The position numbers were made by a program, and so were the translations under genes. Below are positions 8,069-17,965 of a stretch of DNA of 47,008 nt, piece by piece. This stretch comes from a virus. Its lineage: Duplodnaviria > Caudoviricetes. The stretch lies in the IMG/VR virus record IMGVR_UViG_3300048575_000432, positions 1 to 47,008 of that record; one strand, 5' to 3'. Each line of letters begins with the position of its first letter. Position 1 is the first letter of the stretch. The notes under the pieces are model-generated. The model was given only the letters and a program-made list of their open reading frames with translations, was not told where the DNA came from and did no database searches.

Positions 8069-11000
8069 TCAGTCTCCGGCGTGAACAAGGGTAGCGCCAG
8101 CCTGGTGCGCGTGGAGCGTCGCCGCGCCGGCCTGGTGGACATGGACGAAGCGGCCGCCCTGGTAGACTGCCTGCAAGGCCGCACCGTAGGGACCGGCCGC
8201 CGAGAAGCGATAGGCCAGCGGCGGGGCGGTCCAGGTGGCCACGGCCGCGGCGGGCTGGGCACTGCGGGCGATCGCCGGTACCCTCGGCATCCAGGACGCG
8301 GCAGCCGGCAGGGGTGTCTCGCTGCGACTGGTCCGCAGCTCGGGGGCAGACCAGACAGCGACGGCCGGCAGGGGCGTGATCGAGCGGGATGCCTCGGGCG
8401 AGATCGCCGTCCAAGAGGCCGTCGCGGGCTGCGGGACGGCCGTGCGGGCGATTGCCGGCGAAAGGGCCGACCAGGTGGCCACGGCCGGCGTGGGCCCGGC
8501 ATGGCGGCGGGCCTCGGGCGCAAACGGTCGCCACCTTGCGACGGGAGGCAACGGGCTCACACCGCGGCGGACCGTGGGAGCGATCGCGACCCAAGAGGCC
8601 TCGACCGGCGAGACGGCCAACTGGCGGCCCGGACGCGGCGTTGGGGCGGACCAGGTGGCCACGGCCGGCAGGACCGTGACGCTCTTCGCGTGGCCCGGCG
8701 CGGGAGCCGACCAGACGGCGGCGATCGCGGCGGGGCTCACACCATGGCCTGGCGAGGTCGCGGGGGCGGACCAGGTCGCCGTGGCCGGATCCGGGACAAT
8801 GCTCCGGGTGATCGCCGGCGCGACGGTGGACCACGCGGCAGCCGCTGTCTCAGGCGTCGCCGATCGAGCGATGCGGGGCGAGGGAGCCGACCAGGCCGCG
8901 ACGGCCGCCTGGGGCGTGGCGGTGCGCGACAGCGTCAGCGCAGGGACCGACCACGCGGCCGAGACGACGGCCACGGTGGCGCTCTTCGAGGTCTCCGGAG
9001 CGAGGGCCGCCCACGTGGACAGCAGCGGGCCGGCATTGATGCCATGCCCGGGCATGGCGGTCGGCGCGGACCAGACGGCCACGGCCGGCGACGGCGCGGC
9101 GCTTTTCGCGGTCGAGGGTTGGACTGTCGACCAGCTCGCAACCAACCCATCCGGCGAGGCGCTCTTGGCGGTGCTCGGCGACGGGGCGAGCCAACTCGCG
9201 GCGATCGGCGTGACGACGACGGCATGCCCGGGCGCGGGCGTCGGAGCGGACCAAGCCGCCCGCGCAGCGGCCGGCAGGGCCGCCTTCGACGTCGCGGGCG
9301 CGGGGGCCGACCAGGTGGCCACGGTCGGCAAAGGCAGGGCGACGTGGGCCGGCGTGGACGTGGGGACGGTCCAGGCCGCTGTGGCCAGCGTGGGCGTATA
9401 GTAGACATTGGCCGTGCCCTGGGGAACCGACCAGGCGGCCGTCGCGATCGCCGGCTCGACGCTCCGGCTCGTCATAGGCTCGGGGACGGACCAAGAGGCC
9501 GTGACCGCCGAGAGCGTCAGTGACCGCGTGGCCGTGGCCTGGGGAGCCGACCAGGCGGCCGTCGCGGGCGCAGGGGTATGGACCACCTGCGCCGTGGGCG
9601 CGGGGGCCGACCAGGTGGCCACGGCTGTCACGGGGGCCGCGCTTCGCGCGGGCGTCGGCACGGGGCCTTGCCACGTGGCGGTGGCCACGGTGGGCGTGGA
9701 CGTCTTGCCTGCCACGACCGCCGGGGCCAACCATTGCCCCACGACGGGAGATGGCGTTGCGCTCTTCGACGTCGCCGGAGAGAGCGCGGCCCACGCGGCC
9801 GCCGCCGGCGTCGGGGTGTAGACGACGCCGGCCATCGGCTCGGGGGCCAACCAAGTAGCGGCAGCCGGCGACGGCAACGCGACGTGCGAGATGGTTGGCG
9901 GGACGGCCAACCAGGTGGCCGCGGCCGGCGGGGGCGTGGCCGTTTTGGAGACCACGACCGCAGGGGCCGACCAGGCGGCCGTGGCGATCGTCGGCTCGAC
10001 GCTCCGGCTGGCGATCGGTGTTGGCGCGGTCCACGTGGCCAAGGCCGGCGTTGGCGAGGTACTCTTCGACGTGGCGACGGCCGGCGCCGACCAGGTCGCC
10101 ACGGCCGTCGTCGGGACGTGCGAGGCGACCAGCTGCTCTTCCGAGCCGATCAGCAGTTCGTTGCCCGCGGAGGCCTGGTTGTAGTAATCGAATTTGGCCC
10201 AGGCCGCGGAGCGGACGCCGACGAAGATCGTCGCCTCGTCGATCCATCCGTAGTGCGGATCAGGCTCGCCCGTGTCCATCCGGCCGCCGACCTGCACCGC
10301 GTCAGACGTCGCGGCCATCGCCACGGGGCCGGCGGCGTACCAGGATTGCGAGGTGTCCCAGTAGCCGGTCTGCAGGACGCCGTTGACGTAGATTTTCGGG
10401 TTCGAGCTGCCGTCGTAGGTCGCGAGAATCCGATACCAGGTGTCGGCCTGCAGGTTGGCCGAATTGGTGTGCCACAGTCGCCAGTAGCCCGACGCCCAGA
10501 ACGAGAACGTGAGGTTATTGTCGCTGTACCCGTGATCGAAGGTGTTCTTGGTCTTGCCGAGCGCCCAGTTGCAGCCGGCGTCGCGTTTGGTGAAGATCAC
10601 CGGGCAGGCTTCTTGCAACTCGTCCCACTTGACCCAAGCCGATAGCGTGATGCTCGTCGATGTCGCCCCGATGTTCCCCGCGTTGATGTAGTCGGTGGTC
10701 GCGTCGTTGCCGTTGAAGTACTGGCAACCGCCGAGGACGCCTGTCGCGGAGTTGGGCAGATTGCCTACGTAGGTCCCATGATTGCTGCCCACGGAATTGG
10801 TGGCCGTGCTTCCGCTCGTCTCGTTCAAGTGGAAGACGCCGGAGTAACCCGACCAGACCGTGGCGGGAGCGCTCGCGTCGGCTGCGGAGGCGTTGCCGTA
10901 GTAGAGATAGATAGTCGCGCCGATCACCGTCGGGACGTCGGTCTTGACCCAGAAGACACCGGTCCCGTCCGCGTAACTCTCGCGCTCAAACGGCAGCAGC

Positions 11001-11176
11001 GTCGTGCCGTCGCTGGCCGTGAACCGGATGTCGTAGCCACTGGCCAGCGCATGCGCAGCGACGTCGGCATCGGCGGCGAGCTTGACCAGCACCGGGAAGC
11101 CGGTCACGCTCGCGTCGAGCTTGGCGGCCGAGATGAAAATCGCTTTGCGGCAGGCCCAGCCGCTGAGTACGCCCAT
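8069..11176 (-). CDS. DUF2341 + LamG/concanavalin-like domain protein with ~32 Trp/Pro/Ala-rich 20-aa repeats (putative fibre/adhesin)
   Basis: GYDIRFT..DG.TLLPFERE and YLYYGN (DUF2341); TLSAWVK, ATYDGS..KIYVNG, GWIDE (LamG); repeated A[TA]WSAP. Confidence 0.75.
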   Translation of the reverse strand: MGVLSGWACRKAIFISAAKLDASVTGFPVLVKLAADADVAAHALASGYDIRFTASDGTTLLPFERESYADGTGVFWVKTDVPTVIGATIYLYYGNASAADASAPATVWSGYSGVFHLNETSGSTATNSVGSNHGTYVGNLPNSATGVLGGCQYFNGNDATTDYINAGNIGATSTSITLSAWVKWDELQEACPVIFTKRDAGCNWALGKTKNTFDHGYSDNNLTFSFWASGYWRLWHTNSANLQADTWYRILATYDGSSNPKIYVNGVLQTGYWDTSQSWYAAGPVAMAATSDAVQVGGRMDTGEPDPHYGWIDEATIFVGVRSAAWAKFDYYNQASAGNELLIGSEEQLVASHVPTTAVATWSAPAVATSKSTSPTPALATWTAPTPIASRSVEPTIATAAWSAPAVVVSKTATPPPAAATWLAVPPTISHVALPSPAAATWLAPEPMAGVVYTPTPAAAAWAALSPATSKSATPSPVVGQWLAPAVVAGKTSTPTVATATWQGPVPTPARSAAPVTAVATWSAPAPTAQVVHTPAPATAAWSAPQATATRSLTLSAVTASWSVPEPMTSRSVEPAIATAAWSVPQGTANVYYTPTLATAAWTVPTSTPAHVALPLPTVATWSAPAPATSKAALPAAARAAWSAPTPAPGHAVVVTPIAASWLAPSPSTAKSASPDGLVASWSTVQPSTAKSAAPSPAVAVWSAPTAMPGHGINAGPLLSTWAALAPETSKSATVAVVSAAWSVPALTLSRTATPQAAVAAWSAPSPRIARSATPETAAAAWSTVAPAITRSIVPDPATATWSAPATSPGHGVSPAAIAAVWSAPAPGHAKSVTVLPAVATWSAPTPRPGRQLAVSPVEASWVAIAPTVRRGVSPLPPVARWRPFAPEARRHAGPTPAVATWSALSPAIARTAVPQPATASWTAISPEASRSITPLPAVAVWSAPELRTSRSETPLPAAASWMPRVPAIARSAQPAAAVATWTAPPLAYRFSAAGPYGAALQAVYQGGRFVHVHQAGAATLHAHQAGATLVHAGD

Positions 11177-11284
11177 GAATCAGGCCTCTCCTTCAGTACG
11201 CGGTAGGCAGTAGGCAGAGGTCCTTCGCTGCCTACCGCCGACTTCTTAGGAGAACTGCAGTATCCCGTCGGCATGCCTCCGAGC

Positions 11285-11719
11285 TTAGTTGACGAGGTAT
11301 CCTTCGGGGGCCCAGGTGATCGTGAAGTTGTTGCCGTCGAGGACCACGGGAGCCGGGAACGGCAGGTAGTCGGCGGGGATGCTGTCGGCATCATTGGTCA
11401 CGTTCTTGAACACGAGAACCCCTGCCACCGATCGCGTGCCCGCACCCAAGGCCGTCCACGTGACGTTGTCGGCGTAGTATTGGACGCTCCCGTCGGCGGC
11501 CTTGCGCGCGCCCTTGTTCTGCAGAGCCTTTCTCACATAGTTGGCTCCGTTGCATTCGTCCAGCGTCGTGTACGCGGACACCGTGGCGATCCCGACGTTC
11601 TCACTGCCACAGGTCGTGTTGGTCATCACCAGGGCGACGCGGATGTCGTCGGTCTCCATGTTGATCTGAGCGAGGCCGAGACGGTACTTGAATTCACTGA
11701 GAACTTGCTCTGCCATCAT
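11285..11719 (-). CDS. phage tail/fibre-associated protein
   Basis: 144 aa; DDIRVAL..., NYVRKAL, ADNVTWT, DGNNFTITW motifs common in phage tail modules. Confidence 0.6.
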   Translation of the reverse strand: MMAEQVLSEFKYRLGLAQINMETDDIRVALVMTNTTCGSENVGIATVSAYTTLDECNGANYVRKALQNKGARKAADGSVQYYADNVTWTALGAGTRSVAGVLVFKNVTNDADSIPADYLPFPAPVVLDGNNFTITWAPEGYLVN

Positions 11720-11750
11720 TCACTCCTTCTTGTCCTTAGTCCTTCGTACT

Positions 11751-12161
11751 TCACTCTTCCGCCGGCAACTCGACCGGCACGAGATTCCACTCGCATTCCA
11801 GTAGGGCATGCGACGGCGCGTTCAGCCCGCCGATCGCCCCCAGGAGCCCGATCAGTCGGACTTGCCGCACGTCGAGCACGGCGATCTTGGTGGTTTCCGT
11901 GGTTAGCAGCATCCCCGACCAGACGAGGTCGACCGGGTCCTTGCCGATCAGTTGGCAATAGGCCAGGTAGGTCGACCAGGCGGCCGGGCCATTGGCCTGG
12001 TCGACGATCGACCGCAAGGTAAACGGCTCGCCCCGCTGGCCGGACTTCCAGATCGCGACGCCTGGAACACCGGGGCGAGCAAGGAGGACCAGACGCTCCT
12101 TGATCGCCTCGGGATTCCCCGCGAGCCTGAGAAACTGGTGATCGCCGATCGAGGCAGACAT
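11751..12161 (-). CDS. distal tail-like protein
   Basis: 136 aa from MSASIGDH, immediately after the tape measure gene. Confidence 0.55.
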   Translation of the reverse strand: MSASIGDHQFLRLAGNPEAIKERLVLLARPGVPGVAIWKSGQRGEPFTLRSIVDQANGPAAWSTYLAYCQLIGKDPVDLVWSGMLLTTETTKIAVLDVRQVRLIGLLGAIGGLNAPSHALLECEWNLVPVELPAEE

Positions 12162-12270
12162 GGAAGAGAATGCAGAAGGATGAATGCTGAATGATGAATG
12201 GAAGACGACGCGCGGCGGGAAACCGGCGGTCCGCGATTCTGCATTCTGCATTCTGCCTTCTGCATTTCCG

Positions 12271-14526
12271 CTACCTCCTCTCCTGGCCGACTGCGAGCTG
12301 GGCTTGCGCCTGCGCGGGCCCGCTGCGGTTGCCGCGTTTCTGCTCGTCGAGCGATTCCTTTTCGTGGTCGCGCATCTGGGTCAGGAGCTTGATCATCTCA
12401 CCGAGCAGCGTCGCCGTTCGCTCTTCGGCCGCTGTCGTCGGTCGGTCGCCGAAGTATCCGCCCGGCGCCCCAATTCCCGGACTCGTGCCAGCCACCCATT
12501 CCTTCGGATGCAGGACGGCGTCCCGGCGTGCTTCGAATTGACGAATGAACCCCTGGTATCCGGTCCCGTAGGTGTCCAGGTTGCGCAGTTCCGAGACAAA
12601 CGCGCCCTCGCCGGCGGACTGCAAGAAAGGAATGAACTGCTCCCGGATCGCTGCCAAGCGGGCCCCCGTCTGGTTGCTCGTGTTGAGTCGTTCCCCGATT
12701 GCACCAAGGGACCGGGCGAAGTTGGCCGTCCGCTGCACCTCCGTCCCTTGGATGAGCGAGGCCTGCGTCTCGAATGCGTCGCCGGTCGTCTCCATCGACG
12801 GCAGCTGCTTGAGGAACGCATCGTAGGCGTCGGCCGCGGCGCCCTGGCCGCTGAGGATCTCCTCGATCGGCGTGCGGGCGATCATCTCGAAGCTCGCTTT
12901 GGAGAAGAACTTCTCCCGGAGCTTCGAGTCTTTCCGCAGGGCCTGGACCCGCTCGTCGAGCGTTTTCAAGCCGGTGCCCTTGGCCTCGATCTTCCGACGC
13001 CCCTTGCCGTCGTAGGTGTAGGTCGTCTTCTCCGGCAAGAACTCCTTGAGGGCCCGCGAGAAGGCGATCGACGATGTTTTGGCTTCTCGCCCTTGCGGAT
13101 CGACCATCGCGCCAGTCAGAGCCGACCATAGCGCTCCGGCCTCCTGCTCGCTGCCTCCGCTGGAGATCACCGCGCCTAGGGCCGGGGCGAAGTTTTCGGC
13201 CAACTTGCCGGGGTCGGTGACTCTCGCCTTTTCACCGACCTGGAGCATGTAGCCGATGGCCTGCTCGGGCGCGATCGTACGGCCCTTGCCCTGCAGGATC
13301 TTCATCAAGTCGAGCGCCGAGCCGGAGAGTACCTTTCCCTGTTCGGTGTCGCCCGGCAGGAGCCGGGCCGATGCGCCGACGGCGGCCATCGCTTGATCGA
13401 CGGACAGGTTTCCGCGTGCGGACAGTGCGTCGGCCGATCGGCGGTAGAGATCCTGCTTCGAGACGCCGGTGGAAGAGGACATTGCGTCGATCCGCTTCAA
13501 GAAGGCGTCGCGTTCCGTGGTCGTCTTCGCGCCGAGGTTCACCAGGGCGTTGGCCTCGGCTTGGGCCTCGCTGAGGGTCGCGTCCTTGGCCCGCTTCTGA
13601 GCCTCGATCTGGGCGTTGATCTCGTTGACGACGAGTCTCACGGCGTTGCGGACCGACAGGTAGGTGGTGGCCATGCCGGCCAGGCTGATGACCATTCCGT
13701 CAATGCCGCTCTTTTTGCGACCGAGTTGCTCTTCCTCCGAGGCCAGATCGTCTTGCGCTTTCTTGGCCGCCCGGCCGTAGGTGTCGTGGTCGATCTTGCC
13801 CTTTTGCAGCAGGCCATTGAGCTCCTGCAACCGCTGCTTGTAGCGTTCCTGGGGCGAGCGGGTCTGCTCGTAGACCTGCTTGGCCGCCCGCCCGAGCTCC
13901 TCCTCGGCCCTCGCCGCCTCACGGGTCTTCTTGGCCGTCTCCTCCATCTCCTCGGCCGTGCGGCCCGTATCGCGATTGAGCTGGTCCATGGCCTGCTTGC
14001 CAGCTCGCTGGTAGGTGGCGAGGTTGATCGAGCCTTGGTTCACCAAGTTGTTGAGGTGCGCCATTCTCGCCTCGTATCGTTCTTGAGGCGTGCGCGTTTG
14101 CTCGAAGACCTGCTTGGCCGCCTTGGCCAGTTCCTCTTGGGCCCGCTTCGCTTCCTCGGCCTGGCGGGCCGCCTCGGCGTCGGCCTTGTCTTGGTCCTTC
14201 CTGGCCTGGATCTTCCCCGGGTCCTGCGAGTCGAATGCCGTCTTGGCCCGGGCCGAGGCGCGGGAAAAGACGTCCTGGGAGATCTTCTGCTTTTCCAGGA
14301 GGTTGTTGAGCTCGGCGACCTTCTGGTTGTACCGCTCCAGCGGCGTCAGCGTTTCCTCGATCACCCGTCGGGCCTGCTCGCGCAGTTGCTTCTCCTCGCG
14401 CGTGGCCGACTGCGACTGCCGGGCGAGCTGGCGATTCTGCTCGAGGAGCCGCACGACCTGCTGTTCCATCTTGAACAGCTGCTCGCTGACGTTCTCCTTG
14501 GAGTCGATCTGGAAAGTCGCGGTCAT
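12271..14526 (-). CDS. tail tape measure protein
   Basis: 751 aa, helical, three xxEQTRTPQERY-type repeats, follows the chaperone gene. Confidence 0.85.
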   Translation of the reverse strand: MTATFQIDSKENVSEQLFKMEQQVVRLLEQNRQLARQSQSATREEKQLREQARRVIEETLTPLERYNQKVAELNNLLEKQKISQDVFSRASARAKTAFDSQDPGKIQARKDQDKADAEAARQAEEAKRAQEELAKAAKQVFEQTRTPQERYEARMAHLNNLVNQGSINLATYQRAGKQAMDQLNRDTGRTAEEMEETAKKTREAARAEEELGRAAKQVYEQTRSPQERYKQRLQELNGLLQKGKIDHDTYGRAAKKAQDDLASEEEQLGRKKSGIDGMVISLAGMATTYLSVRNAVRLVVNEINAQIEAQKRAKDATLSEAQAEANALVNLGAKTTTERDAFLKRIDAMSSSTGVSKQDLYRRSADALSARGNLSVDQAMAAVGASARLLPGDTEQGKVLSGSALDLMKILQGKGRTIAPEQAIGYMLQVGEKARVTDPGKLAENFAPALGAVISSGGSEQEAGALWSALTGAMVDPQGREAKTSSIAFSRALKEFLPEKTTYTYDGKGRRKIEAKGTGLKTLDERVQALRKDSKLREKFFSKASFEMIARTPIEEILSGQGAAADAYDAFLKQLPSMETTGDAFETQASLIQGTEVQRTANFARSLGAIGERLNTSNQTGARLAAIREQFIPFLQSAGEGAFVSELRNLDTYGTGYQGFIRQFEARRDAVLHPKEWVAGTSPGIGAPGGYFGDRPTTAAEERTATLLGEMIKLLTQMRDHEKESLDEQKRGNRSGPAQAQAQLAVGQERR

Positions 14527-14541
14527 GGGAGGATCGGTTGC

Positions 14542-15476
14542 CTACTGGGCGATCAGGTAGCGGGCGACGTTGTAGTTGACGATCGTGGGGTCGGGGATCC
14601 CTGCGCCGAGGGCGACCAGCTGGAGCTCGCCGTGGCTGGGGCAGTGCCCGGGCAAGAGGCCTCGAACCCAGGCGAGGTAGCGGGCGACGCGGGCGGAGCG
14701 GGTTCCACGGGAGTCGATGGGGGCGAGGCCTCGGAGCCAATTGCGAGGCCACTCAAGCTCGTCTTTTTTTTTGTGACCTGCTCAAAGACGTCCCGGAAGC
14801 CGGGCAGGTCGACGCTGGCCATCAGGATCGAGATCCAGTTGTCGGGCTGCACCACGTCCAAAAGGTTCTGCTCGATCCGCCCCACTCGGTAGTTGAGCCC
14901 GAGAACCTCCAGGCAGAGATCGACTCGCCGGGTGAGCGGCAGGGTGTCGGCCTCGGGCGCGTCGGCGTCGAAGAAGAGCCCCGCCACTTCCGCCCACCGT
15001 TGCCAGAGGCCCAAGTACTCCGCGCGGACTTCTTCGACCACGTCGTCGCCCTGGTACCGCCAGCGACTCGGCAGGTTCGTGCCGCCTTTGGGATCACGCA
15101 GGACGGGCACCAGCCAGCCATTGATGCGATAGCCGTCAAACTGGGCGCGGCGGGCCAGGTCCTCCGGCGTGGGCGGATACTCGCGGTCGATCCCGATCCA
15201 GAGGTCCGGGCCGACCTCTTGCCACGTCTGGAACTGAGGGTAGTAGCCGAGCCTGGCCGGCGCGGGGCCGGAGACGGGCATCGCCGAGAGGATCGTCCCG
15301 GACAGGCCACCGGGGCCCGCCCCGATAATCTCATCGACCGCGCAATGCTCGGTCCCCTCGACGTCGGCCAGGACCTGGTCGAGGCCTCGGGCAGCCAGGA
15401 TCGAGCGGGCGAGCTTGCCGGCCGGAGCCAGGCGAGCCGCTTGGGTTTTCGGAAAGAAGTAGAGGGGAGGAGCCAT
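14542..15476 (-). CDS. tail assembly chaperone G/GT; 0-frame stop at 14553, -1 frameshift product stops at 14542
   Basis: start MAPPLYFF; A9G slippery run at 14763-14772; between tail tube and tape measure. Confidence 0.75.
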
Positions 15477-15553
15477 GATGGGGAAATGCTGAATGATGAA
15501 TGCAGAAGGATGAATGAAAGACGACCTATTTCCTGAGAAATAACTGCGTGCTC

Positions 15554-16480
15554 CTACAGGGCGACGGCCGTGTTGACGGCCAACGGATAGGCGGAGCCGG
15601 CCGCGTTGACGCGGAAGGCGATCCGCAGCTCGGTCGACGAGGCATTGCCCGTGCCGCCGCTGGTCCGCTGGACCGTGGCCAGGCCGCCGGGATTGTCCGT
15701 GTTGGAGAACTTGACGTGCGCGGCCGTGGCCGCGGCCACGTTCCGCGTGCTGTCGACGGCCTTCTTCCGCAGGGCGAAACTGCAGGCCGTCACCGCCTGG
15801 CCGTCGAGCCCCAGCGTCTCCCAGTACTTGGGATCGGGGTGGGTGACGGTCAACACGGGATCGGCCGATCGGATGCCGACGAAGGAAGTGAACTCTTCGC
15901 CGTCCGAGGCGGTCTCGTCGATCTGGGTGCCGAGGTCGAGTGTCCAACCGTCGATTCCGGATAGCACGGTGCCATTGAGGGAGACCGGCCCGAGCGTGTA
16001 GAGATCGGTCGGCAGCGGGGCGGCCGGCAGCGCGATCTGCCCGAGGCCCACCAGCGGCGCGTTCGAGCCGTCGTAGGTCGGCACGACGCGGAAGTCGACC
16101 GCCGCGTTGCCGCCATGCCGCACGCTCAGCCGGGACCAGCAGACCAGGGACCGGCGGGCCCGCACGGCCTTGTGGACCGTGTCGGCGATGGGAGACCGCG
16201 AGGCGTGCCCCCCGGCCTTCATGTAGTAGAGGTCGACGTTCGTCGCCGAGCAGTCCTTGCCCAAAAATCCGAGGAGGTCCAGCACGGCCTTGATCCGCGG
16301 GCTGCTGGCCTCGACCGTCGGCCGCACGCCCTGGGCGCCGCGGAAGCACGGCAGGAGGCCGCCCGGCGTGTACTCGGTGATGAACTCCGTATTGGCCGCG
16401 GGCGTCGCGTCCGTGAGCGGGGTGATCACGGTCCCACCGACCGACAAGCCATACAGATACCACTTCGCTTCGGTTCCCAT
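15554..16480 (-). CDS. major tail (tube) protein
   Basis: 308 aa, beta-rich, position before chaperone and tape measure. Confidence 0.65.
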   Translation of the reverse strand: MGTEAKWYLYGLSVGGTVITPLTDATPAANTEFITEYTPGGLLPCFRGAQGVRPTVEASSPRIKAVLDLLGFLGKDCSATNVDLYYMKAGGHASRSPIADTVHKAVRARRSLVCWSRLSVRHGGNAAVDFRVVPTYDGSNAPLVGLGQIALPAAPLPTDLYTLGPVSLNGTVLSGIDGWTLDLGTQIDETASDGEEFTSFVGIRSADPVLTVTHPDPKYWETLGLDGQAVTACSFALRKKAVDSTRNVAAATAAHVKFSNTDNPGGLATVQRTSGGTGNASSTELRIAFRVNAAGSAYPLAVNTAVAL

Positions 16481-16491
16481 GACAAAAAACC

Positions 16492-16977
16492 TCACTCGCA
16501 GAGAATGGTTTGGGTTTCGCGGTAGTTGGCGATGCCTTCCTGAAGGCGGTCGCGCAAAAAGGCCTCCAGGTCCTGCTTCTCCTGGTAGGTCACGCGGGTC
16601 ATCTCGTCGCCCAGATTGGGCCGCGTGTTGTAACGCCGGTCGGGGCGCATCTTCACATAGGACGGCGTGGCCATGTCCAGCCGGGCCCGGTTCTCAAACG
16701 CCCTCACCAGCGGCGTGCCGCGGACTGCGGCCTGGTAGGTCACGCCGCTGTGATAGAGGGGCGGCTTGCCACGCTTGAAGGGCCGGGCCAGGTACGTCGC
16801 GCTGCGCGGCTGATAGCCGTACTTTTCCTGGGCCTCTTGGGTGAAGTGGCCCTTGAGGTAGGTCCGATGCCAGTAGAGGACCGTCTGGCGGTGGGCCTCG
16901 CGTTTGACGGCACGCCATGCGCGGATCGAAAAATCCGTCGGCCGATCGAGGGTGACGCGGACCTGGTAGCCAACCAT
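16492..16977 (-). CDS. virion morphogenesis / tail completion protein
   Basis: basic 161 aa with YQPRSATYLAR..K..PL..SG motif; AGGAGG upstream. Confidence 0.6.
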   Translation of the reverse strand: MVGYQVRVTLDRPTDFSIRAWRAVKREAHRQTVLYWHRTYLKGHFTQEAQEKYGYQPRSATYLARPFKRGKPPLYHSGVTYQAAVRGTPLVRAFENRARLDMATPSYVKMRPDRRYNTRPNLGDEMTRVTYQEKQDLEAFLRDRLQEGIANYRETQTILCE

Positions 16978-16979
16978 CG

Positions 16980-17510
16980 TCACACCTCCTCGCCCCAGTA
17001 GATGTGAAACCTGGCCCACCAAAAGCTCCCGGCCGACCGCTCGTCTTTGGTCGGCGATCGATAGGGGCCGTCGCCGTCGCGCTCGCGCATCCGGAGCCGG
17101 TTGATCACCAGGCGATCGTCCTCGCCGGCGTGGCCCAAAAGGTCTTGGATCACGTCGCCGACCCAGCCCAGGAAATCCAGGGCCGACTTGCGACGGTTGA
17201 CCGCGTCGATCCCCGGATAACGGGCGTTGTCGGCCAGCAGCACGCAGACGCGGCCGCCGCCGGCGAACACCTGCCCCACCCCGCCGCCGGTCGACACGAA
17301 ATCCAGGTCCTCGGGCCAGACGATCGCCACCGGGCGGTGGGCCTTCATGTCGGCCGGCTCCAGCTCGCACTCGACGGCCTCGATCTTCGCCCGGGCCTGC
17401 TCGGCCGTGGCCGCCCCGACCCGCCGCCGAAACGCGGGACTCTCCGCGAGGAGTCGATCGACGCCGATCACTCCCATGTAGAGCGGCGAGTTGGAAGGCA
17501 GGTAGGTCAT
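16980..17510 (-). CDS. putative tail terminator / neck protein
   Basis: start MTYLPSNS, ATGA overlap with the upstream stop. Confidence 0.55.
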   Translation of the reverse strand: MTYLPSNSPLYMGVIGVDRLLAESPAFRRRVGAATAEQARAKIEAVECELEPADMKAHRPVAIVWPEDLDFVSTGGGVGQVFAGGGRVCVLLADNARYPGIDAVNRRKSALDFLGWVGDVIQDLLGHAGEDDRLVINRLRMRERDGDGPYRSPTKDERSAGSFWWARFHIYWGEEV

Positions 17511-17881
17511 GGCTGCAGGCCGTAGCGGCGTGGGCGGTTGCGGGCGAACAACAGCTCCCAACTCTCGTCGGAGGCGTTGCGGACCTGGCCCTGGAACGTC
17601 CAGGGCGAATCTTCGGAATCGTCCGGGCGAAGGAGCGTGGCCCCGAGCTCGGGCGCGGCGATCCCGCCAGCGGCATCGTCCCGCAGGCAGTACCACCACA
17701 ACTCCTCCTGCTCGTCGTCTTCCTCGGGTCGCTTCAAGTCCTCGGGCTTGGCGTACTGGCCGACCCCGTTGACCTCGCGTGGCTCCTGGCCGTTCTCTTG
17801 ATAGACGGCCGTCTCGCCAAAGTGCTCCCGGTTGAGGAACACCGTGCGAGCATGTTCGGCCATCAGATCCTTGAGCGACAT
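17507..17881 (-). CDS. head-tail joining protein (lambda gpFII-like)
   Basis: MSLKDLMAEHARTVFLNREHFGETAVY, position after head genes. Confidence 0.65.
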   Translation of the reverse strand: MSLKDLMAEHARTVFLNREHFGETAVYQENGQEPREVNGVGQYAKPEDLKRPEEDDEQEELWWYCLRDDAAGGIAAPELGATLLRPDDSEDSPWTFQGQVRNASDESWELLFARNRPRRYGLQP

Positions 17882-17965
17882 AAGCGGTTTGTGGCTGGGG
17901 CTGGGGACAAGTCTCAAACAGGGCCAGGCCTCGCCGGCGAGGCCTGGCCACGTGGGTCGTGCGCG

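Noticed and set aside
3152-9523. Long + strand ORFs (3152-5068, 4942-7608, 8081-9523) and similar ones elsewhere
   Set aside because: Antisense shadows of GC-rich - strand genes; Arg/Gly/Pro-rich with no motifs.
3626-11176. Diversity-generating retroelement acting on tail genes
   Set aside because: No reverse transcriptase and no adenine-variant TR/VR pair seen.
15554-17510. Contractile-tail (myovirus or tailocin) interpretation
   Set aside because: No sheath or baseplate-wedge genes recognised; head and packaging genes are present.
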